Part shown: positions 9,125-18,255 of the stretch, one piece after another
Layout of the letters: every line of letters starts with the position of its first letter
Position numbering within the stretch: position 1 is the stretch's first letter
Program-made: the position numbers and the translations under genes
Notes under the pieces: model-generated
Database searches by the model: none
Told to the model about the DNA's origin: nothing
Seen by the model: the letters and a program-made list of their open reading frames with translations, nothing else
Source of the DNA: Vulcanimicrobiota bacterium
Lineage (GTDB): Bacteria > Vulcanimicrobiota > Vulcanimicrobiia > Vulcanimicrobiales > Vulcanimicrobiaceae
DNA length: 64,000 nucleotides
NCBI GenBank assembly: GCA_963777315.1
Contig: CAVZQC010000004.1
Location: 64,001-128,000 of the forward strand
Reading direction: 5' to 3'

Positions 9125-9855
9125 AGCGCCGCGCGCTGGGCGGCATCGTGCTGGGTTTGACGATCCTCTTTGCGCTGGCTCCGGTGTATCGCGGACAAGC
9201 GGAGATTCCGGTTCGCGTGCACCATCTGCTGCATGCGGTCGTTCTCATCGGCGCCGCGCTCTCCGGTTTGCTCATCGCGCAGCCGCGAATTTCGGCGCCG
9301 TCGCGAATGCGAACGGCATGGCTCGTCCTGTGTGTGGTTGCGCCGATGCTTGCCATGCTGTTGATGTGGCCGTCTGAGTATTCACCGCTGGAAAAGCTTC
9401 CGGCGGCGCATACCGCCGAACACTTGGGGCTGGTAGTGTTCGGGTTTCTCACGGCGTATGCCGGCCAGCAGTACGCAGCCGGCGTAGGAACCGCGATGTC
9501 GCTGAGCTTATGGGCGATGGCGTTCCTGGCTGCGTGGGGTTTCGGCGTAAGCCCGCCGCTGCGCATCCCTGCCGCAGCCGCCGAAGCTGCGCCGGCCGCT
9601 GCGCCGGCGCCCGCAGCTGCGGGCAACGCGGCACACGGCGCAGCGATCTTTGCGCAGAATTGCTCGGCTTGTCACGGTGCGCACGGCCAGGGCGGCATGG
9701 GGCCGTCCCTTATCGGTGAGAGCTCGCGCAAGAATCTACAGCAGGCGGTGGAGTGGATCGAAAATCCGCAGCCTCCGATGCCCAAGCTGTTTCCGGGCAC
9801 GATCAGCGCTCGAGACGTGCGCGACGTCGCCGCCTATGTGGAATCGCTGAAGTAG
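9121..9855 (+). CDS. Membrane protein (His-rich, CtaG/caa3-assembly-like) fused to a C-terminal class I cytochrome c
   Basis: ~5 TM with HHLLH and HTAEH, Ala/Pro linker, CSACH heme motif, PPMP distal Met; ATGA coupling to subunit I. Confidence 0.85.
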   Translation: MKRRALGGIVLGLTILFALAPVYRGQAEIPVRVHHLLHAVVLIGAALSGLLIAQPRISAPSRMRTAWLVLCVVAPMLAMLLMWPSEYSPLEKLPAAHTAEHLGLVVFGFLTAYAGQQYAAGVGTAMSLSLWAMAFLAAWGFGVSPPLRIPAAAAEAAPAAAPAPAAAGNAAHGAAIFAQNCSACHGAHGQGGMGPSLIGESSRKNLQQAVEWIENPQPPMPKLFPGTISARDVRDVAAYVESLK

Positions 9856-9875
9856 GGCTTCGATAGTTCTCCTCC

Positions 9876-10226
9876 GTGGCGATGCACCGAAGCGCGCGCG
9901 TAGTAAAAGCGCACAATGCCCGGCCGGGCCCCGTGCTCGAGTTGGAGCGCGGACAAACGGTTGGCGTCGGCCGGCGGGACGATCGATGGCCGCAGTTTAT
10001 TTGGTGCGTAGCGAAGGGCGTCGGCGGGTGGACCCCGGAACGATACCTGCGCGTTACCGGCGCGCAAGCAACGGTGAAACAACGGTATACGAGCCGAGAA
10101 CTTTCGGTTTCGCTCGGCGATCTGGTCAGGATCGAGAAGCGAATAGGAGGTTGGAGCTTCGGCCAGCGCGGGGACGGCGCCGGCGGATGGATCCCCGACG
10201 AATGTCTCGACTTCTCCTCAGTCTGA
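9876..10226 (+). CDS. Tandem SH3-like domain protein
   Basis: Two repeats ending GGWTPERYL and GGWIPDECL with LELERGQ / LSVSLGD loops. Confidence 0.75.
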   Translation: MAMHRSARVVKAHNARPGPVLELERGQTVGVGRRDDRWPQFIWCVAKGVGGWTPERYLRVTGAQATVKQRYTSRELSVSLGDLVRIEKRIGGWSFGQRGDGAGGWIPDECLDFSSV

Positions 10227-10613
10227 ACGGCGCTGCGATGAATGCCGCGACACGAGCCGCTCGAACACTTCCTGCAGCACTACGGCTTGGTTGTGTTCGG
10301 TGTCCTTGGCGCTGTAAACCAACGTGATTGCGGGCGCGCCTTCGGCCTGGTCGACGATCTGCGCGATCTTCGTTTGAACCGCGCCGGCCTTTAACTCCGC
10401 AAGATACCGCTTGTGAAATTCACTCCAGCGGCTGGGATCGTGGCCGAACCACTGGCGCAGCTTGGTACTGGGAGCGATGTCCTTGGCCCACAGCTTAACG
10501 TGCAAGTCCTCCTTGCGAACGCCGCGGGGCCACATACGATCGACGAGCACGCGAAAGCCGTCGGCTCTTTTGGGCGCATCGTACGCGCGCTTAATGTGAA
10601 TTTCGGGCCTCAT
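10218..10613 (-). CDS. DUF488/YeaO family protein
   Basis: IKRAYD, DGFRVLVDRMWPRGVRKE, APSTKLRQWFGHDP, HNQAVVL; GGAGG RBS before ATG 10613. Confidence 0.92.
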   Translation of the reverse strand: MRPEIHIKRAYDAPKRADGFRVLVDRMWPRGVRKEDLHVKLWAKDIAPSTKLRQWFGHDPSRWSEFHKRYLAELKAGAVQTKIAQIVDQAEGAPAITLVYSAKDTEHNQAVVLQEVFERLVSRHSSQRRSD

Positions 10614-10715
10614 ATTTGCTACCTCCATCACTCACGCCCTCGCTCGTAAAGAAACGGCTAACCGGGTTCACTTCGCCGGCCGCGGGTCGATATGTGAGGG
10701 CGAGAGGTATCGCAC

Positions 10716-10856
10716 ATGTCTTTATTGCCCCAATTTCCCTCGTTGCTTTCCGCTCTTCGCGCCGGCTACCAGGTATATGACAAAACGCCCGACGGCTACC
10801 TGGTTCGCACGCGCACCGCGACAGGGTGGGCGGTCGCAATGGTGAACTGCCGATAG
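10716..10856 (+). CDS. 46-aa small protein absent from the ORF track (MSLLPQFPSLLSALRAGYQVYDKTPDGYLVRTRTATGWAVAMVNCR)
   Basis: GAGAGG RBS, ATG..TAG, followed by an intrinsic terminator. Confidence 0.72.
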   Translation: MSLLPQFPSLLSALRAGYQVYDKTPDGYLVRTRTATGWAVAMVNCR

Positions 10857-10878
10857 GCGGTACGCGCCCAAACACTTC

Positions 10879-10906
10879 AAGGCCGCGCAACGAGCGCGGC
10901 CTTTTT
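10879..10906 (+). terminator. Rho-independent terminator
   Basis: AAGGCCGCGC-AACGA-GCGCGGCCTT followed by TTT. Confidence 0.85.
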
Positions 10907-10938
10907 GCGTCACTTGAAGGCCGATCGAAAACGGACGA

Positions 10939-11472
10939 ATGCCGACCATTGAAACGCCCCGCCTCTTGCTGCGCAGCTGGAACGACGACGACGTTCGCGC
11001 ATGGGCGCAAATGAACGCGGATCCGCGCGTCATGGAATACTTTCCGGGAACGCAGCAGCCCCAACGCTCGATGCAAGCTGCGTCGGTGCTGCGCGAAGAG
11101 CTGGAACGTGCAGGCTACGGCTGGTTTGTCGCCGAGGTCAAAGGTCGCATTCCGTTTGCGGGCGCGATAGCATTGCAGCCCGTGCCGTTCGAGGCTCCGT
11201 TCACGCCTGCCAACGAAATCGGCTGGCGCTTTGTCGCCCATGCGTGGGGCAACGGCTATGCGACCGAAGCGGCCGCGGCTGCCCTGCACTACGCATTCGA
11301 TCGCTTGGGCTGGACGCAGGTCGTTGCCATGACGGCCGAGATCAATCTGCGCTCCCGGCGCGTCATGGAGCGTTTAGGCATGACGCACGATCCGAACGAC
11401 GATTTCGATCATCCCCGGCTCGAGCGCGGACATCGTTTGCGCCGGCACGTACTTTACCGCGCTCTGCGCTAG
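10939..11472 (+). CDS. GNAT acetyltransferase, RimJ/RimL family
   Basis: IETPRLLLR, EIGWR, WGNGYATEAA, NLRSRRVMERLGM. Confidence 0.92.
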   Translation: MPTIETPRLLLRSWNDDDVRAWAQMNADPRVMEYFPGTQQPQRSMQAASVLREELERAGYGWFVAEVKGRIPFAGAIALQPVPFEAPFTPANEIGWRFVAHAWGNGYATEAAAAALHYAFDRLGWTQVVAMTAEINLRSRRVMERLGMTHDPNDDFDHPRLERGHRLRRHVLYRALR

Positions 11473-11966
11473 CGTTCAAGCAGCTTCTCCATGGCGACGA
11501 CGTCGACGTAGCGCCCATCCAAAATTCCGTGCTCCTTGAATACGCCGACTCGAGCGAAACCGGCTTTGCGGTACAGACGCTTTCCATGCTCGTTGGCGTC
11601 CAGCGCGTGCAGCACGATTTTGTGAAATCCCGCGGCCCCCGCCCTGCGGACGAGTTCGGTCAACAGTGCCGTCCCCACGCCGCGGCCGCGCTGCGCGCGC
11701 GCCACGTAGACTGACGCATCGGCAATTCCTCCGTGAGCGCACCGCTGTGAAAAGCGGTTGAGCGAAGCCCATCCAACGACTTCGTCTGCTTGGAGCGCAA
11801 TCAAGACGACGTAGCGTTCGTCATGCTGAGCCCACCAGGCGGCCATATCGTCGAGCGAGCGCGGATCCGCTTCCAGGGTGGCGACGCGATCCGCGATACC
11901 TTCGTTGTAGATGCGGCGTACCGCATCGAGATTGCCGGCAGCCGCACCGCGAACGGTAAGGGGCAC
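11469..11966 (-). CDS. GNAT N-acetyltransferase, phosphinothricin/arsinothricin (ArsN1-like) family
   Basis: IYNEGIADRVATLE, SVYV..RGRGVG, DVVAMEKLL. Confidence 0.85.
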   Translation of the reverse strand: MPLTVRGAAAGNLDAVRRIYNEGIADRVATLEADPRSLDDMAAWWAQHDERYVVLIALQADEVVGWASLNRFSQRCAHGGIADASVYVARAQRGRGVGTALLTELVRRAGAAGFHKIVLHALDANEHGKRLYRKAGFARVGVFKEHGILDGRYVDVVAMEKLLER

Positions 11967-13934
11967 CTAAAAGTTTGTTACGAAGTTCGCTAAACCAAAC
12001 GCGAGAAACAACCAGATCCCATAAATCGCGGCCAGTCCCACGACGATCTCGCCGATTCGCACCAACCACCCGCCGGGACCGTGGACTAGGCGCAAAACGG
12101 TTTCCGCAACCATAGCTATGCCGCCGATGATTGCTACTACACCGACTGCGTAGAGCACGTCGGCCTTAAAAACCAATGACGGCTGGAGCAGCGCATTTTC
12201 GTTGGAGAGCAATGCTGCCCACCCGGCGAGCGCGAGCAAGAACGCGATCGCGCCAATGCGCGCTGCCAGATGAATCCAGCGCTCGTAGCCGGCCAGCTCG
12301 AGCCGCAGGTGCAAGCGCCGTCGCGCAATCCATCCGCCCAGGCGAATCAGCAGTGAAACCACCAGCACGGCGATGAAGAGCAGCAGCAGCGTTTTGAGCG
12401 ATCCCAACGCTTTTAGCCCGTTGACTCGCTGGTAGATGAAGACCGGTTCGAAGTCGTCGGTGGTCCACGACAAGATCCGTCCGTCCGGAGCGGCAGTAAA
12501 CTTCAGATGAGTTTGGCCGTTGACTTGCCGGTAGTAGAGCGGACCAACTTCCCGCCAGCGAAGCGGGCTGCCGGCCGGATCGAGCAGCATGCTCACCTCG
12601 AGCGTGCCGTCGTGCTGCGCCGAAACGCTCGCTTGTCCCAGCGCGAAAACCAAACCGAGCGCGCGCTCCTCGCGGCGGCTGCTCTCGTACCACCCTGCAA
12701 CTCTTCGCGCGTCGGGCTGCGGATTGGCGACGGTGCGTTCGGCGGGCGGAGTAAACGGAAAATAGCGATCGAGAAATGCGCGGAAAACCTGCGTGCGAAC
12801 CTGTTCCACCGCGCCCGCTTTGCCGGCGCTGTTGAAGGACATGAAGACGCCGATGTGCTTGCGGGGAAGAAGGTGAAGGTCGCTATGAAACACGTTGGTG
12901 TCGCCGGCGTGCCCGACGATCGTTTGCCCGTTGCGGTTTTCTTGATAAAAACCGAGATCGAATCCGTTCATGCCGGGTGCGGGAGCCACTTGCAGCGTGA
13001 ACATCTGCGAAATAGTCGCGGGTCTGAGGATGCGCGCGCCATCGAAGCTTCCGCCGCCTAAGTACGCGATCATGAAATGTGCCATGTCGGTCGCCGTCGT
13101 GGAGGCGGCGCCTGCAGGCGCAGGCTCGACCAGTTCGAACGGCACGGGCTTCGCACTTGACGCGGTGACGTAGCCGCTTGCCATGGCCGCGACGAGATTC
13201 GCCGGCAGCGGCTGCACGAACGTCGTGTGGCGCATGCGTAACGGAACCAGAATGTGGCGTTCGACGTACTGATCGAACGGCTCGCCGGAGACGCGTTGGA
13301 CGATGTAACCGGCTAGTGCTGCTCCGTAGTTCGAGTATGCGATCACCTTTCCGGGCGGAAAGATCCGATCCGGCATTCGCCTGATGAGATACTCGCGCAA
13401 CGGGTAGAGCCGGCTCTTGTCCTTGAAAATGAGATCTCGAACGACTTCCGCGAAGCCGCCGGTGTGCGTCATGAGGTTGCGCAGCGTAATGGGCTTGCCG
13501 TACTTCGGCGGAATTGTGAAATCGAGGTAGGCATTCACGTCCGTGTCGAGATTGAGTTTCCCGGCTTGGACGAGCTGCATGACCGCGGTCCACGTGAAAA
13601 CCTTCGAAACCGATCCCGGGCGAAACAGCGTTGCGTCCGGAACGACCGGCGAGCGCTTTGCAACGTTCGCGTATCCGTAACCTTTGGCAAGGACGATCCG
13701 GCCGTCCTCGACGACGACGATTACCCCGCCCGCGATGTCGCCTCGCTGGATGGCATACGGCACCAGGCCGTCGAGGAACGCGTCGAGGTCGCGCGCCGTC
13801 AGCGCTGCGGGCGTCGCGTGCGCCGGCGCGGCTTGAGCCTGCGATACGGGCGCGGGGGGCGGTCCAACGGCACGATGAACGGCGCTCTGCAAAAGGCCCG
13901 AGAGCGCCAGCAGCGGCCAAACCGAACGGATCAT
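11967..13934 (-). CDS. Serine hydrolase (beta-lactamase/PBP-like) with signal peptide and C-terminal TM helices
   Basis: PGSVSK (SxxK), LMTHTGG, YSN, GHAG; four hydrophobic C-terminal segments. Confidence 0.9.
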   Translation of the reverse strand: MIRSVWPLLALSGLLQSAVHRAVGPPPAPVSQAQAAPAHATPAALTARDLDAFLDGLVPYAIQRGDIAGGVIVVVEDGRIVLAKGYGYANVAKRSPVVPDATLFRPGSVSKVFTWTAVMQLVQAGKLNLDTDVNAYLDFTIPPKYGKPITLRNLMTHTGGFAEVVRDLIFKDKSRLYPLREYLIRRMPDRIFPPGKVIAYSNYGAALAGYIVQRVSGEPFDQYVERHILVPLRMRHTTFVQPLPANLVAAMASGYVTASSAKPVPFELVEPAPAGAASTTATDMAHFMIAYLGGGSFDGARILRPATISQMFTLQVAPAPGMNGFDLGFYQENRNGQTIVGHAGDTNVFHSDLHLLPRKHIGVFMSFNSAGKAGAVEQVRTQVFRAFLDRYFPFTPPAERTVANPQPDARRVAGWYESSRREERALGLVFALGQASVSAQHDGTLEVSMLLDPAGSPLRWREVGPLYYRQVNGQTHLKFTAAPDGRILSWTTDDFEPVFIYQRVNGLKALGSLKTLLLLFIAVLVVSLLIRLGGWIARRRLHLRLELAGYERWIHLAARIGAIAFLLALAGWAALLSNENALLQPSLVFKADVLYAVGVVAIIGGIAMVAETVLRLVHGPGGWLVRIGEIVVGLAAIYGIWLFLAFGLANFVTNF

Positions 13935-14006
13935 CAGCTCTGTAAATCGCGAACCGCCGCGGCCGTTCCTTCAAAAAATCGCCGAGCGCGGTGATATTTT
14001 GGCTGT

Positions 14007-16142
14007 CTAGTGCACCAAAGCCGCCACCAGCAGCAGCGCCACGATGTTGAGCACCTTGATCATCGGATTGATCGCGGGGCCCGCCGTATCTTTATAGGGA
14101 TCGCCGACCGTGTCGCCGGTGACGGCGGCTTTGTGCGCGTCCGAACCTTTGCCGCCGTTGTGGCCGTCCTCGATATACTTTTTCGCATTGTCCCACGCGC
14201 CGCCGCCGCTGGTCATCGCGATCGCCAAGAACAGGCCGGTCACGATCGCGCCCATCAATATGCCGCCCATCACCTGCGCGCTGGAAATGCCCGGCAGTAC
14301 GTGAATCGCGCCCAGAATGACGATGATGACCGGAACGCCTACGGGAATCAGTGCGGGCAGCACCATCTCCTTGAGCGCCGCGCGCGTAACGATGTCGACC
14401 GTGGACGCATAGTCCGGTCGCGCCGTTCCGGCCATGATGCCGGGATTGCTTTTGAACTGCATGCGCACGTTTTCCACCACCTTGCCGCCCGCGCGTCCCA
14501 CCGCTTCCATCGAAAGCGAAGAGAAGAAGAACGGCAATAGGCCGCCGATCAGCAGTCCGGCGAGGACGTACGGGTTTTCGATGCTGAACAATCCGCTCGT
14601 CACCACGCACCCTGCAACTGCGCCGCACCGGTCGGTGAGCTCTTGCGAGAACGACGCAAACAGCACGATCGCAGCCAGACCCGCAGAACCGATCGCATAG
14701 CCTTTGGTAACGGCTTTGGTCGTGTTGCCGACCGCATCGAGCGGATCCGTTACGCCGCGAACTTCGGCCGGAAGGTCGGCCATTTCTGCAATGCCGCCCG
14801 CGTTGTCCGTGATCGGCCCGAACGAATCGATCGCGACGATGATGCCCGCCATTGAAAGCATCGCCATGACGGCAATGCCCACGCCGTAGAGGCCGACCAG
14901 CGCGTATGACGCCAGAATGCCGAACACGATCGCCAGCCCGGGCAGCGCGGTGGCCTGCATCGAAACCGCCAGACCGCTGATGATATTGGTAGCATGTCCG
15001 GTGATCGAAGCGTCGGCGATGCGCCGTACCGGTGAATATTGCGTGCCGGTATAATACTCGGTGATCCAGGTGATCAGGCCGGTCACTGCCAGACCGATGA
15101 TCGCGCACGCCCAAATGTGCAGCGGCAAAACGGTGTGAGCGGCAGCGCCGGTACCGACTGTAATGCCCGCGTCGCCGAATTCTTTGATCGTGACCCAATA
15201 GAACACGCCGGCCGAAATGATTCCGGCCACGCCCAATCCCACGTACAGCGAGCTCATGATCCTGCTGCGGTCGATCTTGCCGATTCCCACGAAGAGCGTG
15301 CCGATGATCGAAGCGATGATCGAAACGGCGCCGAGCACGATCGGAAACGTCGTCGAGCCGCCGACCCGGCCCAGCAGCAGATTGCCCAGCAGCATCGCCG
15401 CTACCGTCGTGACGACGTACGTTTCGAACAAATCCGCGGCCATGCCGGCGCAGTCGCCGACGTTGTCGCCGACGTTGTCTGCGATTACTGCGGGATTGCG
15501 CGGATCGTCTTCGGGGATTCCGGCCTCGACTTTGCCGACCAGGTCCGCCCCGACGTCGGCGGCTTTGGTGTAGATGCCGCCGCCCAAACGAGCGAACACG
15601 GAGATCAGCGAACACCCAAACGCCAGCCCGACCATTGCGTTGAGCGATTTTGCCGCATCGCCCGCATTGACGGCAAGAAGGATCCAGTAGTATCCCGCTA
15701 CGGCGATGATCCCCAAGCCCACGACCAGCAGCCCCGTGATGGCGCCGCCACGAAAGGCGGTGTGCAACGCGGGACTCAAGCCGCCGCGCGCCGCTTCGGC
15801 GGTGCGCACGTTCGCGCGCACCGAGATCGTCATGCCGATGAACCCTGCGGCGCCCGAAAGAATCGCTCCGATCAAAAACCCGACCCCGGGCTGCCACCCG
15901 AGGCCGACGGCGATGACGATGAAAAGTGCGACGGCAACCAGGCCGATCGTCATGTATTGACGGCGCAAAAACGCCATCGCGCCCTCTTGGATCGCCCCGG
16001 CGATTTCCTGCATCCGGGCGTTCCCCGGCGAAAGGCGCATGATCCAGCTTATAAGGTACAGGCCGTACAGAATGGCGACCACGCCGGCTCCCAAGCCCAA
16101 ATAAATAGCGACGTAGGTGCCAATCCCACTCACAGAGCTCAT
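14007..16142 (-). CDS. hppA: Membrane-bound proton-translocating pyrophosphatase (K+-independent type)
   Basis: [49 protein letters not shown]. Confidence 0.97.
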   Translation of the reverse strand: MSSVSGIGTYVAIYLGLGAGVVAILYGLYLISWIMRLSPGNARMQEIAGAIQEGAMAFLRRQYMTIGLVAVALFIVIAVGLGWQPGVGFLIGAILSGAAGFIGMTISVRANVRTAEAARGGLSPALHTAFRGGAITGLLVVGLGIIAVAGYYWILLAVNAGDAAKSLNAMVGLAFGCSLISVFARLGGGIYTKAADVGADLVGKVEAGIPEDDPRNPAVIADNVGDNVGDCAGMAADLFETYVVTTVAAMLLGNLLLGRVGGSTTFPIVLGAVSIIASIIGTLFVGIGKIDRSRIMSSLYVGLGVAGIISAGVFYWVTIKEFGDAGITVGTGAAAHTVLPLHIWACAIIGLAVTGLITWITEYYTGTQYSPVRRIADASITGHATNIISGLAVSMQATALPGLAIVFGILASYALVGLYGVGIAVMAMLSMAGIIVAIDSFGPITDNAGGIAEMADLPAEVRGVTDPLDAVGNTTKAVTKGYAIGSAGLAAIVLFASFSQELTDRCGAVAGCVVTSGLFSIENPYVLAGLLIGGLLPFFFSSLSMEAVGRAGGKVVENVRMQFKSNPGIMAGTARPDYASTVDIVTRAALKEMVLPALIPVGVPVIIVILGAIHVLPGISSAQVMGGILMGAIVTGLFLAIAMTSGGGAWDNAKKYIEDGHNGGKGSDAHKAAVTGDTVGDPYKDTAGPAINPMIKVLNIVALLLVAALVH

Positions 16143-16301
16143 TCGATTCCTTACGGGTAAGTGCAGTAAATAGCCCGCCTACCCGGTCGGGGTGCTTGGC
16201 GAGCGCGCTGGTCGCTCGGATTGCCCCAGACCGGGACGCCTTCCTGCTGCGTGCTCGCAGGCTTTTCGAAACATTCGACACCACGGTCTCGTACACGACG
16301 C

Positions 16302-18167
16302 ATGAACGCCAATCACACTGCTTTGGCCTGCGCGGCTGTTGCGAGCTTGCTCGCGTTCGCGGCGACATCCGCGGCGGCGGCTCCCGCAGATCCGGTCGCC
16401 CGCGTGTTAAACGGGTCGCGGACGGCGCTGGGCGGCCCCGCGCTGCAGCGCGTAAGAATACTCGAGCTGGACTCGAAGATCGTGGCGGGCGGCCTTCCCG
16501 GTACGGGCCGTTCGTGGCAGCAGATCGGCGGTCTGCATTTTGCCGAATCGTATTCCAACCCGCCGATCGCAGGCGGCGACGGTTACGATGGGACCGACGC
16601 GTGGAATCGTGATGGTTCGGGACTGGTCTGGATCGACGGCGGTACGGCGGGCCGCTCCCAAGAAATCAGTCAGGCATTTGCAAGCAACTATGCGCTGTGG
16701 GCTCCCAATCGCGGCGGTGCGTCCGTTACGTGGGGCGGCACGAAAACGCTCGCAGGCAAAGCGTGTGACGTTCTCGTCGTTACCGCGCCGGGTTCGGCGG
16801 TTCCGTTCGAGTTCTGGTTCGACCGATCCACGCATCTGCCCGTGCAATACGTGCAGACCATCGGCCCGGACACGGTCACGACGATGCTTTCCGATTACCG
16901 GCCGGTCGATGGCGTAAAGATTCCCTACAAGACGCATACCGCGACGACCAGCGGAAACACGATCGATGCAACCGTGGTGCGCGCGGTGGCAAATCCGCCC
17001 GGCGGTCGAGCGCATCTCGCAAAACCGGCTTCCGACGTCCACGATTTCTCGATTCTCGGCGGTGCGACGCAAACCAGCGTTCCGATCGACCTCGTCGAGA
17101 ACCACGTTTACCTGTCGCTCGAGCTCAACGGCAAAGGACCGTATCGCTTCATTTACGACACCGGCGGTGCGAACATCGTCGATCCTGCCGTCGCAAGCGA
17201 GATCGGTGCTTTGGGCCACGGTTCGGTTCAAGGCGGCGGCGTCGGCGCGAAAACCGAATCCGTGAGCTTCGCCACGGTGGATTCAATGCAAATCGGCGAT
17301 GCGATCGTGAAGCATCAGCTTTTCGGCGTGGCGCCCACGCGCATGGGTTTCGGCGTGTCCGCGGGACAGCGCGTTGACGGCTTGATCGGTTTCGAGGTGC
17401 TCTCGCGCTTCATTACCACGTTCGACTACGCGCACGATCGCGTCGTTCTTCAGATGCCCGGGGCTGCTTCGGCTGCGGGCAGCGACGTGCTGCCGTTCGT
17501 CCTGGACGGCAGACAGCCGCAATTCGCGTGCGGCATCGACGGCATCGCAACGCAATGTACGGTCGATACCGGCGCCCGCGATTCGATCACGCTCATGGGG
17601 CCGTTCATTGCCGCCCATCCGCGCGTCGTGCCGCAAAAGACGAGCGCGATAGGCGTAAGCGGCTTCGGTTTCGGCGGTCCGGCGCTGGGCAAACTCGGAC
17701 GACTGCAATCGCTTGGCATCGGTACGTTCGCGCTGCCGGACATCGTCGCCGACTTCACGACGCAAGAGAAGGGCGCGTTTGCGCAGCCGTTCGTTGCGGC
17801 CAACGTCGGCGGCAACGTTTGGCGGCGTTTCACGCTGACGCTGGATTACGGCAAGCGGACGATGGCGCTGACTCCCAATGCGGATTTCTCCACTCCCGAC
17901 TCATACGAGCGCGCCGGTATGTTTTTGCTCAACCAGGGCGGCAAATACGTGGTGCTGGACGCGCGCCCCGGAACGCCTGCGGCGCAGGCGGGTATCGTGC
18001 CGGGCGACACGATCGACACGATCGATGGAAAGGCCGCTTCCTCGATGAGCCTTCAGGCCGTGCGGCAACTCTTCTTCGGAGCGCCGGGTACGGCTTTGCA
18101 TCTTGGCCTGACGGCAAAAGACGGAACGCGGCGCACGGTTACGCTGACGCTGCGCGACTACGTTTAA
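16302..18167 (+). CDS. Secreted protein with two retropepsin-like aspartyl protease domains and a C-terminal PDZ domain
   Basis: Signal peptide, IYDTGG and VDTGA, DGLIG, PAAQAGIVPGDTIDTIDG. Confidence 0.85.
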   Translation: MNANHTALACAAVASLLAFAATSAAAAPADPVARVLNGSRTALGGPALQRVRILELDSKIVAGGLPGTGRSWQQIGGLHFAESYSNPPIAGGDGYDGTDAWNRDGSGLVWIDGGTAGRSQEISQAFASNYALWAPNRGGASVTWGGTKTLAGKACDVLVVTAPGSAVPFEFWFDRSTHLPVQYVQTIGPDTVTTMLSDYRPVDGVKIPYKTHTATTSGNTIDATVVRAVANPPGGRAHLAKPASDVHDFSILGGATQTSVPIDLVENHVYLSLELNGKGPYRFIYDTGGANIVDPAVASEIGALGHGSVQGGGVGAKTESVSFATVDSMQIGDAIVKHQLFGVAPTRMGFGVSAGQRVDGLIGFEVLSRFITTFDYAHDRVVLQMPGAASAAGSDVLPFVLDGRQPQFACGIDGIATQCTVDTGARDSITLMGPFIAAHPRVVPQKTSAIGVSGFGFGGPALGKLGRLQSLGIGTFALPDIVADFTTQEKGAFAQPFVAANVGGNVWRRFTLTLDYGKRTMALTPNADFSTPDSYERAGMFLLNQGGKYVVLDARPGTPAAQAGIVPGDTIDTIDGKAASSMSLQAVRQLFFGAPGTALHLGLTAKDGTRRTVTLTLRDYV

Positions 18168-18255
18168 CCGTCTTGTAACCGGCGCTCGCCTTTACGCTGC
18201 TGCAGGACTTTAACGAACGTCCGCGCGTACAAAACGCTAGAATGCGCCGGCAGCC

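Noticed and set aside
13935..13980. Recurrent GAAGG/GCAGG...CGAA ECF-like promoter motif before several accessory genes
   Set aside because: Spacing is inconsistent between instances; not supportable without motif statistics
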